Below are positions 48,190-57,780 of a stretch of 64,000 nt of DNA, piece by piece. A model generated the notes under the pieces. That model was not told where the DNA came from, searched no databases, and saw only the letters and a program-made list of their open reading frames with translations. The DNA lies in assembly GCA_020241125.1 (NCBI GenBank), contig GCA_020241125.1_4708.1, one strand, 5' to 3'. Positions within the stretch are counted from its first letter, which is position 1, and every line of letters begins with the position of its first letter. This DNA comes from a phage. The translations under genes were made by a program, and so were the position numbers.

Positions 48190-49284
48190 ATGTTTCGTGT
48201 TTTAAATAACCTCCCGCGAACATCATCGGGTGTGCAACCCGTCCCTCAGAAAGACTATCTAATACGCGAAGTTCAAAGAAACCTACAGACAATCCAGAAC
48301 CACTATCAAGGTTTTACCTTCGCGGTTCAGAGCGATCACATCCTTGCGTTGCTGCTCGCACAGCTCCCTATGAGATACGACATCTCAGTACAAACTTACT
48401 ACGACATGATTCTCGATCTTACTCCAGAATTGGGTAATCGTGTTAAGTTGACAACATCAAGATACGCGGGTAAGTTATTCGACGGTGCTTTCTATCCGGG
48501 ATTGCACGAAGCTATTATCGCAACCGGTGAAAGTCGTCTTATTTCACGTGACGTTCTTGACAACTGGCGTAATTGGTCACCGGTTAGAATCGTGACGCAC
48601 CCATACGCAAATCTTCGTTACATTCCTCTTCACCGAAAGCCGGTTGAAGAAGGACGAGGTTTTGCGGTCATTATGGTTGATGTACCTTTATTAGCGCTAC
48701 AGTATCGAATGTGGTCTTTGGTCATGGGTCATAACGTCGACGGCAAATGGGTGGTTAAAGAACCGGTTACAAGCTTCCTTGCGAGTTTTCCGTTGGTTAA
48801 CGCATTATACTCACACAACGATGTTGTTATACGCAATCGTTGTTTGTGGGTATCTCCGGCTAAGAATCCACTCAAATCACCAATTTACGTTAACGACCTT
48901 GATAACGTATTCAGTCAAGTCGTTCTGTCCGTACAGCATCATTTATTACGAAGAAGACGAAGCTACACCGACATGCTTAAACAGATACCGAGTTTATACG
49001 GGGATCAGTACCAAGCAACCCGAATGGGTTACACCGTCGATCTTCGGCAAACGCGATGGGCAAGGGATCTGGGTTGTCTGTCATTATGGCAACAACTCGT
49101 CACGTTGCAAAACGTATCTGAAAGCGTCGGGTTCAGCAGTCAAATCGATAATGACCTGTACCGTGCTGCCGACCGGAGTCTAAAAGAAGGTAACTGGGAG
49201 TCCTCTCCGTTACCTGGCGATTTAAGACGTGAAGTTATCGCACAGGTTGCCGACCTCTTAAAAATTCTTCCCGCTGGTGCATAA
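48190..49284 (+). CDS. hypothetical protein (364 aa)
   Basis: Plus ORF with GGAG RBS; divergent from the 631-aa gene. Confidence 0.55.
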   Translation: MFRVLNNLPRTSSGVQPVPQKDYLIREVQRNLQTIQNHYQGFTFAVQSDHILALLLAQLPMRYDISVQTYYDMILDLTPELGNRVKLTTSRYAGKLFDGAFYPGLHEAIIATGESRLISRDVLDNWRNWSPVRIVTHPYANLRYIPLHRKPVEEGRGFAVIMVDVPLLALQYRMWSLVMGHNVDGKWVVKEPVTSFLASFPLVNALYSHNDVVIRNRCLWVSPAKNPLKSPIYVNDLDNVFSQVVLSVQHHLLRRRRSYTDMLKQIPSLYGDQYQATRMGYTVDLRQTRWARDLGCLSLWQQLVTLQNVSESVGFSSQIDNDLYRAADRSLKEGNWESSPLPGDLRREVIAQVADLLKILPAGA

Positions 49285-49288
49285 TAAC

Positions 49289-49344
49289 CTCCCTCCTCCC
49301 TTGCATCCTCCCAACCCGTAAGGGAAGGGAGGATGGGGTGGTGG
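49289..49344. terminator. compound GC hairpin (TCCTCCC...GGGAGGA) between convergent genes
   Basis: Between stops of 48190..49284 (+) and 49351..51504 (-). Confidence 0.45.
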
Positions 49345-49350
49345 GTTATG

Positions 49351-51504
49351 TTACTCTGCGGTTTCTTGCTTCGGTAAATAACTTGCTGCGATGTCTTGGG
49401 CTAACAATGTATTGTTTTTATTCGAGATGAAAATACCATAACTTTCCATTAACGCGTAATACGAACGCACGAGCGTAGAGATCAATCGACGAATATCCAT
49501 ACCTTGAATAAAGATATCAGGAAGCCCGGAGGCTTCGATCACCGGTAATGGTATCGTTAAGTTGCTTATCGTTTTCTTATCGTTACGTACAATCCAATCA
49601 CGGAAACGTTGTTGTAACCCTTTATCCTCCCAGGAATCAATCCAATCGTTAAGAAGCGTTTTGTTCTTCGTCGCCAACGGCACACGAACCCCAACATAGG
49701 GTGGTTCCTGGCAATGGCCGTACGATTGAGCAAACACCTCTTCCCACATATCGTAAGACTGTTTCGTTACTGCAACATGCGGTTTCACTTTAACACGTGT
49801 TAAGAAATCAGGATCACCACGTTTCATGGACTCAACGATTTCGTTTTCTAACGAGATAATATCGTCAAGAACCAATCGAATGCTGATCTTCTCGTTACGT
49901 AACAGCTTATCCATGATACCACACATCATGCGTTCAACACGTTTGACGATCATTTTTGGTGCTGACGCATCGCGCATAACCGGACCTTTCAATTCCAGCT
50001 TCGGTGGATTGATAGGAACCCCTTCACGCATGGTCATGTAACCGTAATAGTTTTTACCCATCGAGGTTAACGACAGAATCAAGAACATATATTCGTTCTT
50101 CATTTCCATCACGTACATATGCTCTTTCGCCACACCGATATTACCAGAACACATCGCCATCAGATGAACCGTAATCTGCGTAACCAGATAGATAAGCGTG
50201 TTTGCTAAGCGCGTCGAAACTGGATTGATCTCCATATTTCCAAATCGCCACTGAACCCACTCCTGGCAGGTAAACACCGTCGAGTCGGTATCAGACAACA
50301 CACCCACTTCACGGATTGCTGATGGGAAAGCATAAACACCAGCCGGTTGGTTCTCGGTACGCCAGAACGCCATAATCAAATCAGCATAGCTTTGAATACG
50401 CTGTAGCATTAATTTTGTCGTTGCTGCAGTAAGACGATAACCAAGCTCATTTCCTTTTTCTAGCGCTACGTAAATCGCTTCCCCATTCAAGAACTCCGTA
50501 CATTGTGCTGTAATCCAAGCGACCGTGTTGTTATCCATGGAAGCAATAATGGCTTTAGCCTCTTCCATCGTTTCAACAGGTTCGGATGCCAGCTCGCATA
50601 ACGAATCAAGAAAATCTCGAACAAATTCAGGATTAAGCTCACGTAACGAGTACAGGTTATTGCTATACATGTAGCAGGCGCGTTCCAGTGGGGTTAAACC
50701 GGTAATTAACTCCCGGATAGTCAGTTCTTTCTCTGGGTCGAAAGTATATCGATGCAAGCATTTCGATACGTTAGCCCAAACCTCTTCCGGCGTAGGGTAA
50801 TGTAGTTTGTATTTTACCATTACCTGTTCAATGGCTTTACGATCGCTGTTGCGGACAATACTCACGATGTTTTCAATTGCGATATCACAATCGTAATAAT
50901 GGAAATTGCCCGCAAGGAAGCGTTCGTTGTTCGCATTGGCTGAACCTGAAGCACAGCGACACGTTGTCGTTAAACTTGGATGCGCAATTGGATTATAAAA
51001 AGGGTTAAACTTGGACGCCTGGGTTCCTGACAAACTGTTGTTATCTAACTTGGTGTTGGTTTGTCGTTTATCGTGTAACTCAGCTTCATCTTTACGTCCG
51101 TGTGCTTGCGCTATCGACATTTGTTTCTTTTGTTTCTTACGCAACTTACCGTTTTCAACCGCAAAGTCGCTTAGCACACTGGAACGTGTTTCACGTGGAT
51201 AACAGTTAGCCCACACCGGCGTGATAATTAAATTATTTTCTTTAATATCATTGAAGTATTGGCTGAACTTGATGACTTCTTTTTCTCGATTTCCTTCGGT
51301 GCGCTGTGTTAATACAAGGCAGTCGGGATCAACCATCCCGTATTTTCCACCAGGACGAACCGTATCAAGGACAAACTGCAACGCTTCCTGCTGTGATATC
51401 CCACGCATGCGCATTAAGAACAGGGTATAATCCTGTACCGCTTCTTTGGTCATATCCAACGTACGGCCATATCCGTTTTCATCGTAAAAGAACGGATTTT
51501 CCAT
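49351..51504 (-). CDS. hypothetical protein (717 aa); candidate divergent family-B-like DNA polymerase catalytic module
   Basis: VGVLSDTDSTVF resembles polymerase motif C (YGDTDS); downstream GKNYYGYM resembles the KxY motif; motifs A and B not convincingly found. Confidence 0.55.
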   Translation of the reverse strand: MENPFFYDENGYGRTLDMTKEAVQDYTLFLMRMRGISQQEALQFVLDTVRPGGKYGMVDPDCLVLTQRTEGNREKEVIKFSQYFNDIKENNLIITPVWANCYPRETRSSVLSDFAVENGKLRKKQKKQMSIAQAHGRKDEAELHDKRQTNTKLDNNSLSGTQASKFNPFYNPIAHPSLTTTCRCASGSANANNERFLAGNFHYYDCDIAIENIVSIVRNSDRKAIEQVMVKYKLHYPTPEEVWANVSKCLHRYTFDPEKELTIRELITGLTPLERACYMYSNNLYSLRELNPEFVRDFLDSLCELASEPVETMEEAKAIIASMDNNTVAWITAQCTEFLNGEAIYVALEKGNELGYRLTAATTKLMLQRIQSYADLIMAFWRTENQPAGVYAFPSAIREVGVLSDTDSTVFTCQEWVQWRFGNMEINPVSTRLANTLIYLVTQITVHLMAMCSGNIGVAKEHMYVMEMKNEYMFLILSLTSMGKNYYGYMTMREGVPINPPKLELKGPVMRDASAPKMIVKRVERMMCGIMDKLLRNEKISIRLVLDDIISLENEIVESMKRGDPDFLTRVKVKPHVAVTKQSYDMWEEVFAQSYGHCQEPPYVGVRVPLATKNKTLLNDWIDSWEDKGLQQRFRDWIVRNDKKTISNLTIPLPVIEASGLPDIFIQGMDIRRLISTLVRSYYALMESYGIFISNKNNTLLAQDIAASYLPKQETAE

Positions 51505-51579
51505 AAATCCTCCAAAAGTTATTTAGTCTGTCTACATCATCTCGTATATCTGTTAAAAAAGAAGGACGGCATAAAAAAG

Positions 51580-51607
51580 AACCGATCCAGCCGAAGCCAG
51601 ATCGGTT
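51580..51607 (-). terminator. hairpin AACCGATC...GATCGGTT flanked by A/T runs (bidirectional), CUUUUUUAUGCCG tail in minus sense
   Basis: In the 300-bp intergenic region after stop of 51804..52217. Confidence 0.55.
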
Positions 51608-51803
51608 AAAAAGGATAATAACTGACAGAAAGATATCGATGATGTTCGTGAAACAAGATCTTCTCTCGTGTACAATGATGCTAGATCAGAGGGAGGTTGT
51701 AACACGAGAGGTGGTCCGCCAAAGAAGGAATAAAAAACACGAACCTATCTTATTTCACTGATGGCACTAACCACTCAAAATATATAGTACCGTATGTAAA
51801 AGT

Positions 51804-52217
51804 TTACTGATTAATCAAGTCGTTAGCAACAATCTTGGTGTAACCCGCCTGATTAAGAATTTGATTAATTTTCGTCACGTCGGTCGCATCCTCAATAACG
51901 ATGCTGGGTTTATAGATCAGCGTCTTGGTAACGACGATTGTACTCTCCTTAATCCAAGGAATCCCTAGAATCACATACTCACCATCGGCTGTAATGACCT
52001 CGACGTAATTGTATTTCGTCGGATCGTTCGGTACACTAGACGGGAGCCGGGAATAAATCTGTTGGTGAATGGCGTCTACATCACGACCGTTACGTACAGC
52101 TGTGCGATAATTGTACACAGCGCTAATTTCTACTCCGTTGAAGTTAACCCCAAGTTCTGGGGCGTACACATCAAAACTCACAACAGAGCCAATCTTTTCT
52201 AAATCAGAAGCTGGCAT
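51804..52217 (-). CDS. hypothetical protein (137 aa)
   Basis: ORF track. Confidence 0.5.
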   Translation of the reverse strand: MPASDLEKIGSVVSFDVYAPELGVNFNGVEISAVYNYRTAVRNGRDVDAIHQQIYSRLPSSVPNDPTKYNYVEVITADGEYVILGIPWIKESTIVVTKTLIYKPSIVIEDATDVTKINQILNQAGYTKIVANDLINQ

Positions 52218-52626
52218 AATAGCATCCTTTATTTAAAATGTATTCATATCCGAAAGTCGTCGCTGACCAGACCCGGATAGATGATAGTGTTCCGCCACGA
52301 TAAAACGTTTTTGTGAATTCCATATCCTGGACAACACGATAATAAACACGTCCGATAATACGCACGATAAGGTTTCGTGATAACGATCTCTCCTCGCAGT
52401 ATTCATCGATAAAGTCATCGTCGATATCCGATAAGACAACATCCGCAATTTCTTGCAGTAGATTCCTCATCAGCATCTGCCTTCCTTCGGTACCCCACCC
52501 AGACAAACAGTAATCGTCTTCTGCCTGACTATAGATGTCGTTAACCGCCTGTTCGAGCAGTTGCTCAAGATAGTAGTCATCGCGTTTTATAACGTGGCGA
52601 CGGCGCTCAGTGGCGTATTTTTCCAT
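52204..52626 (-). CDS. hypothetical protein (~140 aa; start uncertain)
   Basis: Track ORF 52204..52749 overlaps the upstream gene by 160 nt; internal ATG (MEKYATERR) chosen. Confidence 0.4.
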   Translation of the reverse strand: MEKYATERRRHVIKRDDYYLEQLLEQAVNDIYSQAEDDYCLSGWGTEGRQMLMRNLLQEIADVVLSDIDDDFIDEYCEERSLSRNLIVRIIGRVYYRVVQDMEFTKTFYRGGTLSSIRVWSATTFGYEYILNKGCYYASF

Positions 52627-53075
52627 CCTGTGTTTCTCTTGTTCGGCGTATGTATTAACGACGCCACAGTCTTTTCTGGATCGTCCCACAATGCGCGACG
52701 AAAACTGGATACTACCATAACGGTAGGATAGATTTGTACAACCTCCCATCCGTAACGATGTGCGTTAGTCGTACGTCCGACATTGAACAGACATAACTGA
52801 TTTAAGAAACAGAGCTGCATCTTCGTAAACAACACCATATCTTCACGTTTAACGTATCCGAGGATATATGCATTCTCGAACGCCTCGCGTGACAAGACGG
52901 GACGATTAAGATACCGTAACGCTAATACCAACAACGTTGTTATGCGCAACGGATCTTCTGGGTCATTCATGGTGCTCAGCTCTGCTTGTAACCAGTCAGG
53001 GATAGTAACCGTCAGACGATAGGTATCTGTTCCACGATCAACCACATTCAATGTTGAAAAAGGCAACATATCCAT
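52587..53075 (-). CDS. hypothetical protein (162 aa)
   Basis: ORF track. Confidence 0.45.
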   Translation of the reverse strand: MDMLPFSTLNVVDRGTDTYRLTVTIPDWLQAELSTMNDPEDPLRITTLLVLALRYLNRPVLSREAFENAYILGYVKREDMVLFTKMQLCFLNQLCLFNVGRTTNAHRYGWEVVQIYPTVMVVSSFRRALWDDPEKTVASLIHTPNKRNTGWKNTPLSAVATL

Positions 53076-53613
53076 GAATTCCTTCTAGCTCGAGGTTGTT
53101 CTCGCCGGTCTTCGGTAATAACCCACTGGCCGTTAACATCTGTGTCATCGAGTAGTCAAAGCACGGGAATATCAGGTTAACGGTTTCCTGGATCGCGTCA
53201 ACATAACTATAAATGGCTTCATAATACTCACCGTCATGATCTACGCTAACCAGTTCCTGACACAGTTCTTCGCTTATCATTTCATATACCGGCGGATACC
53301 ACGATTGAAATGGTCGCTGCATACGTAACGACCAATACTCGTACGTCGTATACTGAAGCACGTCGTAAGCCGATACGTTAATGCGGTCGAAGAAAGCATA
53401 CTTGTCCATATGCTGATACAACATCGCCAGCACGGTTTCCAAGCACACCGATATCCGCACGCCGTCATCTTTCCCGTTAAGAAAATTAGGTTTCTGCCGA
53501 TAACGCACAAATGCCGACGGCTTTGATTGCATTATTCCACCACCAACCATAACGTCATACTCGTATCTAACGTAAAATTGAAATGCCACCAATCTTCTAC
53601 ACGTGGAATCCAC
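53038..53613 (-). CDS. hypothetical protein (191 aa)
   Basis: ORF track. Confidence 0.45.
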   Translation of the reverse strand: MDSTCRRLVAFQFYVRYEYDVMVGGGIMQSKPSAFVRYRQKPNFLNGKDDGVRISVCLETVLAMLYQHMDKYAFFDRINVSAYDVLQYTTYEYWSLRMQRPFQSWYPPVYEMISEELCQELVSVDHDGEYYEAIYSYVDAIQETVNLIFPCFDYSMTQMLTASGLLPKTGENNLELEGIHGYVAFFNIECG

Positions 53614-54215
53614 GTACGAAGGATTTGGTTAACTTCGCTTCGCATCACCGATAAACGACAACGAAAATCGAACTTCTCATCGTGGCCGTAGTCTTCATGC
53701 ATGAAAACTTCATCCAAAACGAACTCAAGTTGCATGTCGACATCACGGCCAGAGATATTCCGTTTGTACAGATACAGTTCAATCGTGTCGTAAAGCAACG
53801 TGTGAATATCATAATTTCCGTTCGGTGAGAAATAAGGTAATCGCTCATCGAGCATCGTAAACAGATATTCGCTGTAGTTTAATAACGGGATGATGTACCG
53901 ACGCCCTGTCTGTGGTGTGCGAATATGTATCGAAACCTGACTTGGGCGCGGAATAACCGACGGCTTAGAATCGTCTCTCTGAAATTGCTCTAAAGATCGC
54001 AACAAAGGTGGCCGCATTGTAACTCTCCAACGCCCAATTGTAAGGCCCTTCCAACATGTGTTCCCATACGTGAATAAACTCACTACCGAAGACAGGCTCC
54101 AGCGCCATGGTGAGATTCGTAAGTTCTGACGCAGCCGCATGGTAAGCATCAACATGTCTTTCCATTGACGGATCGTCTTCATTGAAAATACGTTCTGTGT
54201 CGCCAGCCCGCTCAA
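53532..54215 (-). CDS. hypothetical protein (227 aa; boundaries uncertain, overlapping frames)
   Basis: Protein-like composition only in the C-terminal two-thirds; a second frame (53965..54594) overlaps. Confidence 0.35.
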   Translation of the reverse strand: MSGLATQNVFSMKTIRQWKDMLMLTMRLRQNLRISPWRWSLSSVVSLFTYGNTCWKGLTIGRWRVTMRPPLLRSLEQFQRDDSKPSVIPRPSQVSIHIRTPQTGRRYIIPLLNYSEYLFTMLDERLPYFSPNGNYDIHTLLYDTIELYLYKRNISGRDVDMQLEFVLDEVFMHEDYGHDEKFDFRCRLSVMRSEVNQILRTWIPRVEDWWHFNFTLDTSMTLWLVVE

Positions 54216-55189
54216 TAAGTTCGGTAATGAGATCTGTCCATGTCTCGTGACACGTCATCATTTCCTGTTCTCGACTTAGTATGCCGATGTCTGCGTGGAC
54301 GCTGGACTCGAACCGGTCTAAAAGGACCCGAAGAACGTGCACCTTGTCGATGTATTTCACCGTTATCCAGGAAAGCGGTTGCCACCGACTCAGCATCCAT
54401 CCGGTACTCGGGAACCCCAAACTCATATAGTACGGGTTGCACCGGACCGAAGACGGAGCGACGTTGTTTAAATCGCTCCTTAAGGGCAAGGCCTTGTTTA
54501 ATATAAACGGGTTCATTGGCGAGTTGTTCCGCTTTTCGTTTTGCGTGAGCCAATCGAAGTTCTTCCAATTGCCCAAGCCATTCAAATTGTTCATCTGTTA
54601 GCTCCTGGGGACGTTCAACAATCGCGCCAGACGGGCAGATATTGATCGTAATGTTAATTGACGGCATCGCCATCACTCGAGGATTACTATTACGTACGCG
54701 GACAACATGTTCGGTTGCTGATTTACGATCGACGCAATACTCTGTTTCTTGGAACTCAAATGCTTTTAACGGTGTTGGTTTTATTTGACGTTTAGGAACG
54801 CGGCCAAGATCAACAATATAGGCATAATCGCACACACGTTCTATTCCGTAAATACGGTTATCCGACCAGTTCTTACCAAACAGCTTATTGTGGTGATAAG
54901 ACAGATATTCGGTTACCATACCCTGGACAACATCGAAGTCTTCTCGAAATTCAGGTTGGTACCAAATCGGACCGAGAATATCTGCGAACGATTCATGACG
55001 ATATCGAGGATCATGTCGAGTCCAGGTCATTCTCTGATTAAGATCGAAATCCACCAACAACTCGGTTAATTGCAATTTTTCCTTCGGAGAAAGCTGGCGT
55101 TGATGATGCAAACTCAGGCAATCGATAAGCGGTAATGAAACCCACGATGCTAATGTGTACAAATCGATCCTGGCTAATCTCTTGGTCAT
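54212..55189 (-). CDS. hypothetical protein (325 aa; C-terminal Arg-rich stretch may be out of frame)
   Basis: ORF track; overlaps frame 53965..54594. Confidence 0.45.
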   Translation of the reverse strand: MTKRLARIDLYTLASWVSLPLIDCLSLHHQRQLSPKEKLQLTELLVDFDLNQRMTWTRHDPRYRHESFADILGPIWYQPEFREDFDVVQGMVTEYLSYHHNKLFGKNWSDNRIYGIERVCDYAYIVDLGRVPKRQIKPTPLKAFEFQETEYCVDRKSATEHVVRVRNSNPRVMAMPSINITINICPSGAIVERPQELTDEQFEWLGQLEELRLAHAKRKAEQLANEPVYIKQGLALKERFKQRRSVFGPVQPVLYEFGVPEYRMDAESVATAFLDNGEIHRQGARSSGPFRPVRVQRPRRHRHTKSRTGNDDVSRDMDRSHYRTY

Positions 55190-55280
55190 ACTCTTTTCCT
55201 AAGTCCCCATTGTTTATACACACGATATCTGGGAATAGTTAAAATATACGGCGTAAAACGAAGCAGGAGAGTTTCTGACG

Positions 55281-55601
55281 TCATTTTCTCCCTCTTCGAA
55301 TACTACCGATACCTCTTTCGTCTAAGACGTCCCAGGCACGCTTTATTTCATCCTCCGTTGCTCTGGTATCTGGAGGGACAACCATAACACAGTCGTGGAA
55401 CGGCCAATGTGTAGGTCTGGGGTTAGCGAACAAATCATCCCATTCAAATGTCCATTCTTTCTTTGAGCGATTGTAGTAGAGCGTAAGGTACGTGTTGGTA
55501 TACGCCGGATAACCGCGCATAACTTCAATATCCTTACGATCTTGCCGTTCCTGATTCCAATCGTTAAACCGCTTTCTTATTTTCTCCCACCACTTTCCCA
55601 T
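55281..55601 (-). CDS. hypothetical protein (106 aa)
   Basis: ORF track. Confidence 0.5.
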   Translation of the reverse strand: MGKWWEKIRKRFNDWNQERQDRKDIEVMRGYPAYTNTYLTLYYNRSKKEWTFEWDDLFANPRPTHWPFHDCVMVVPPDTRATEDEIKRAWDVLDERGIGSIRRGRK

Positions 55602-55623
55602 GCTTTCTCCTACACGGCATAAA

Positions 55624-55645
55624 AGCCTGCCCCGAAGGACAGGCT
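55624..55645 (-). terminator. hairpin AGCCTG-CCCCGAAGGA-CAGGCT with CUUUUAUGCCG tail in minus sense
   Basis: After stop of 55655..55855. Confidence 0.45.
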
Positions 55646-55654
55646 CGATAGAAC

Positions 55655-55855
55655 TTAACGACCATCCAATTTCAATGAAGGATGGTTGACGATATGTGCG
55701 TGTTTTGCTGGGTCATATAGCTGATATGGAAAATAGCCATGCCATTGACGGCCTTGGCATTTCGTACACAGGAACTGACCAACACCTTGTCGATTCTCGT
55801 AAGCGAGTTCGGTACTATCAACATGACCGCAACGTTCGCAGATAAACAGCGACAT
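55655..55855 (-). CDS. small zinc-ribbon protein (66 aa)
   Basis: CERCGH...CTKCQG (two CxxC pairs). Confidence 0.45.
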   Translation of the reverse strand: MSLFICERCGHVDSTELAYENRQGVGQFLCTKCQGRQWHGYFPYQLYDPAKHAHIVNHPSLKLDGR

Positions 55856-55892
55856 AGCGCATCCCCATTCACTTGAACCTTTTGGTTCGGCA

Positions 55893-56873
55893 TTAGAAAA
55901 GCAAGAAACCGCTATTCTTCGCTTCCGCTACAGTTTCGTCACCAACTTTCGGCGCTTGTTGACGTGCGTTACGATGTTCGATGTAACGTTTCGCTTCGTC
56001 CGCGATCTGTTTGATAATACCCCCTAAACGATCGGTACTTAAAACAAACGACGTCGCTTCACGAATTGGGCTGCTTTCAGGCACAAAACCATCGCAGCTG
56101 TAAATAGCGCTAACGCCCATGACTTTTGTCGCGTCTTTCGGATAAAGCGTACAGAAAGCAATCGGGCTATCGTTCTCTTTCGTCCAATCGTATCCCATGA
56201 ACGTATTCAGTTCGGTGATCGTTGGTTCCAAACCGGTAACACGTGGATGGTTTAAGAAGTTTTCCAGGTCGGCGCTGTCAAGACGACGGTTCTCGCCAGA
56301 AAACAGAACACAAAGCTGGCTAATAACAACCTGCACGTCCAGGTTGACATCCTGCTCCGATTTCCCATTTTCGCCATTCATGTGATAGCTAACAATCACT
56401 GGACGTTTCAACCCTTCTGCAGCCGCCATCAGTCCTTTGAAGGTGCGATCGGCGTTGATCGTTTGACGCTCGTCATCGAACGAGGCAACGATGCAACACA
56501 CCACACGTTCACCACGTTCCAGCAGGTTAGCAACCAACGCAGGACCTGCAACAGAACCTGAACCACCGCTCAGACTAAAGACCACGATATTAAATTTACC
56601 TGGCGTATGCTTATTCAGAATACCCGGGATTTGTGAACAGATCAGTTCAGCGTTCTCATCACGCTTCTTACCAGAACCGTCTAACTCACGACCGGCTACA
56701 TCTTTAAAGATGTAAATATGATCGTCACCCAGTGTGCTATCGCGTAGGTTAGCGCGGCTGGTATCGACATACGTCATGCTGTGTAATCCTTTCGCGACTT
56801 CGCCTTCAAATGCTGAGCCGATTTCGCCACCACAACCACCGACAGCCCAAATATGTACTTGGTTCTCTTGCAT
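55893..56873 (-). CDS. phuZ: phage tubulin PhuZ-like (tubulin/FtsZ-fold GTPase, 326 aa)
   Basis: N-terminal VHIWAVGGCGGEIGSAF (cf tubulin IHIQAGQCGNQIG) and VVFSLSGGSGSVAGP (tubulin signature GGGTGSG); size matches PhuZ. Confidence 0.8.
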   Translation of the reverse strand: MQENQVHIWAVGGCGGEIGSAFEGEVAKGLHSMTYVDTSRANLRDSTLGDDHIYIFKDVAGRELDGSGKKRDENAELICSQIPGILNKHTPGKFNIVVFSLSGGSGSVAGPALVANLLERGERVVCCIVASFDDERQTINADRTFKGLMAAAEGLKRPVIVSYHMNGENGKSEQDVNLDVQVVISQLCVLFSGENRRLDSADLENFLNHPRVTGLEPTITELNTFMGYDWTKENDSPIAFCTLYPKDATKVMGVSAIYSCDGFVPESSPIREATSFVLSTDRLGGIIKQIADEAKRYIEHRNARQQAPKVGDETVAEAKNSGFLLF

Positions 56874-56937
56874 GTGAACTCCTAACTTAATATGTATTTA
56901 ACGTACAATGAATCTTTCTTTGCTAAAGGGGTGACCC

Positions 56938-57780
56938 ATGGGTGCTATTGACTACAGTGTAGATCGTATCTGTCGTACAATACCGGCAGATATCCTACAG
57001 TATTGCTATATCGATCGTTACGACTGGCGTAATCGCTATCCTCGTTCCGTAGAAGACATCATTACCGATTGGGTAATCCGTAAACGGGTTATCGGCGACA
57101 TCGATATCTACGGGGGACTACAAACCGTTATTCCCCTTGATGATGCAGGTGTCACAATCGAAGAAGTCACCATTAACTGTTATGTTTTCCACATTCCGTT
57201 GGAAGCCACACAGGGACGTTATATCACGTCCGCATTATCCATTATTTCAGGGAGCGTGAACAACTACGGAATAAACTATAACGGGCAATGGGGCGCTTTC
57301 AACCAAACCCAATTTCAACGTCAGCTTTGTGGGTGGAACCCCGCAAGCAACACGTTACAGCAAGGGATGAACGCGTTCGGTCCCATGAACGTTCTTAGTA
57401 CAGCCAACGTTGATATCATCGCCCCTAACACCATCATGGTGAACAACGTCACGCCTGTACAATTTCCCCTGAGCCTACGCTGTTTCCTTGCCCACGATCC
57501 GGAACTTACCAACCTCAGCATGGAGGTTTGGAACGACTTCTACAAACTCTGTTTATACGCCACGCAAAGTGACATCTACAACAGAACCGTTATCCGTCTC
57601 GATAGAGGTGTTACAGCACAAGGACAAGAAGTCGGTGCATTCAAGGAATACATCGATCGCTTTGCTGATGCTGAAAACACATATCAGGAATTCCTGAACG
57701 AAACGTGGGCTGGCGTTGCTGCCTGGAACGATCCACAAACTAAACGTCGCGCCATTCGACTACAAACCGGTTACTTCTGA
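56938..57780 (+). CDS. hypothetical protein (280 aa)
   Basis: Plus ORF with AAAGGGG RBS; terminator follows. Confidence 0.55.
   Translation: MGAIDYSVDRICRTIPADILQYCYIDRYDWRNRYPRSVEDIITDWVIRKRVIGDIDIYGGLQTVIPLDDAGVTIEEVTINCYVFHIPLEATQGRYITSALSIISGSVNNYGINYNGQWGAFNQTQFQRQLCGWNPASNTLQQGMNAFGPMNVLSTANVDIIAPNTIMVNNVTPVQFPLSLRCFLAHDPELTNLSMEVWNDFYKLCLYATQSDIYNRTVIRLDRGVTAQGQEVGAFKEYIDRFADAENTYQEFLNETWAGVAAWNDPQTKRRAIRLQTGYF

Noticed and set aside
51505-51803. tRNA genes in the larger intergenic gaps (51505-51803, 60844-61151, 44347-44696)
   Set aside because: No GTTCRANYC T-loop with matching acceptor-stem geometry was found by eye; a tRNAscan run would be needed to be sure.
53965-54594. Annotating 53965..54594 as a confident separate gene
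   Set aside because: It overlaps two track ORFs in another frame; without read data or orthologs it cannot be decided which frame is real, so it is reported only as a finding.
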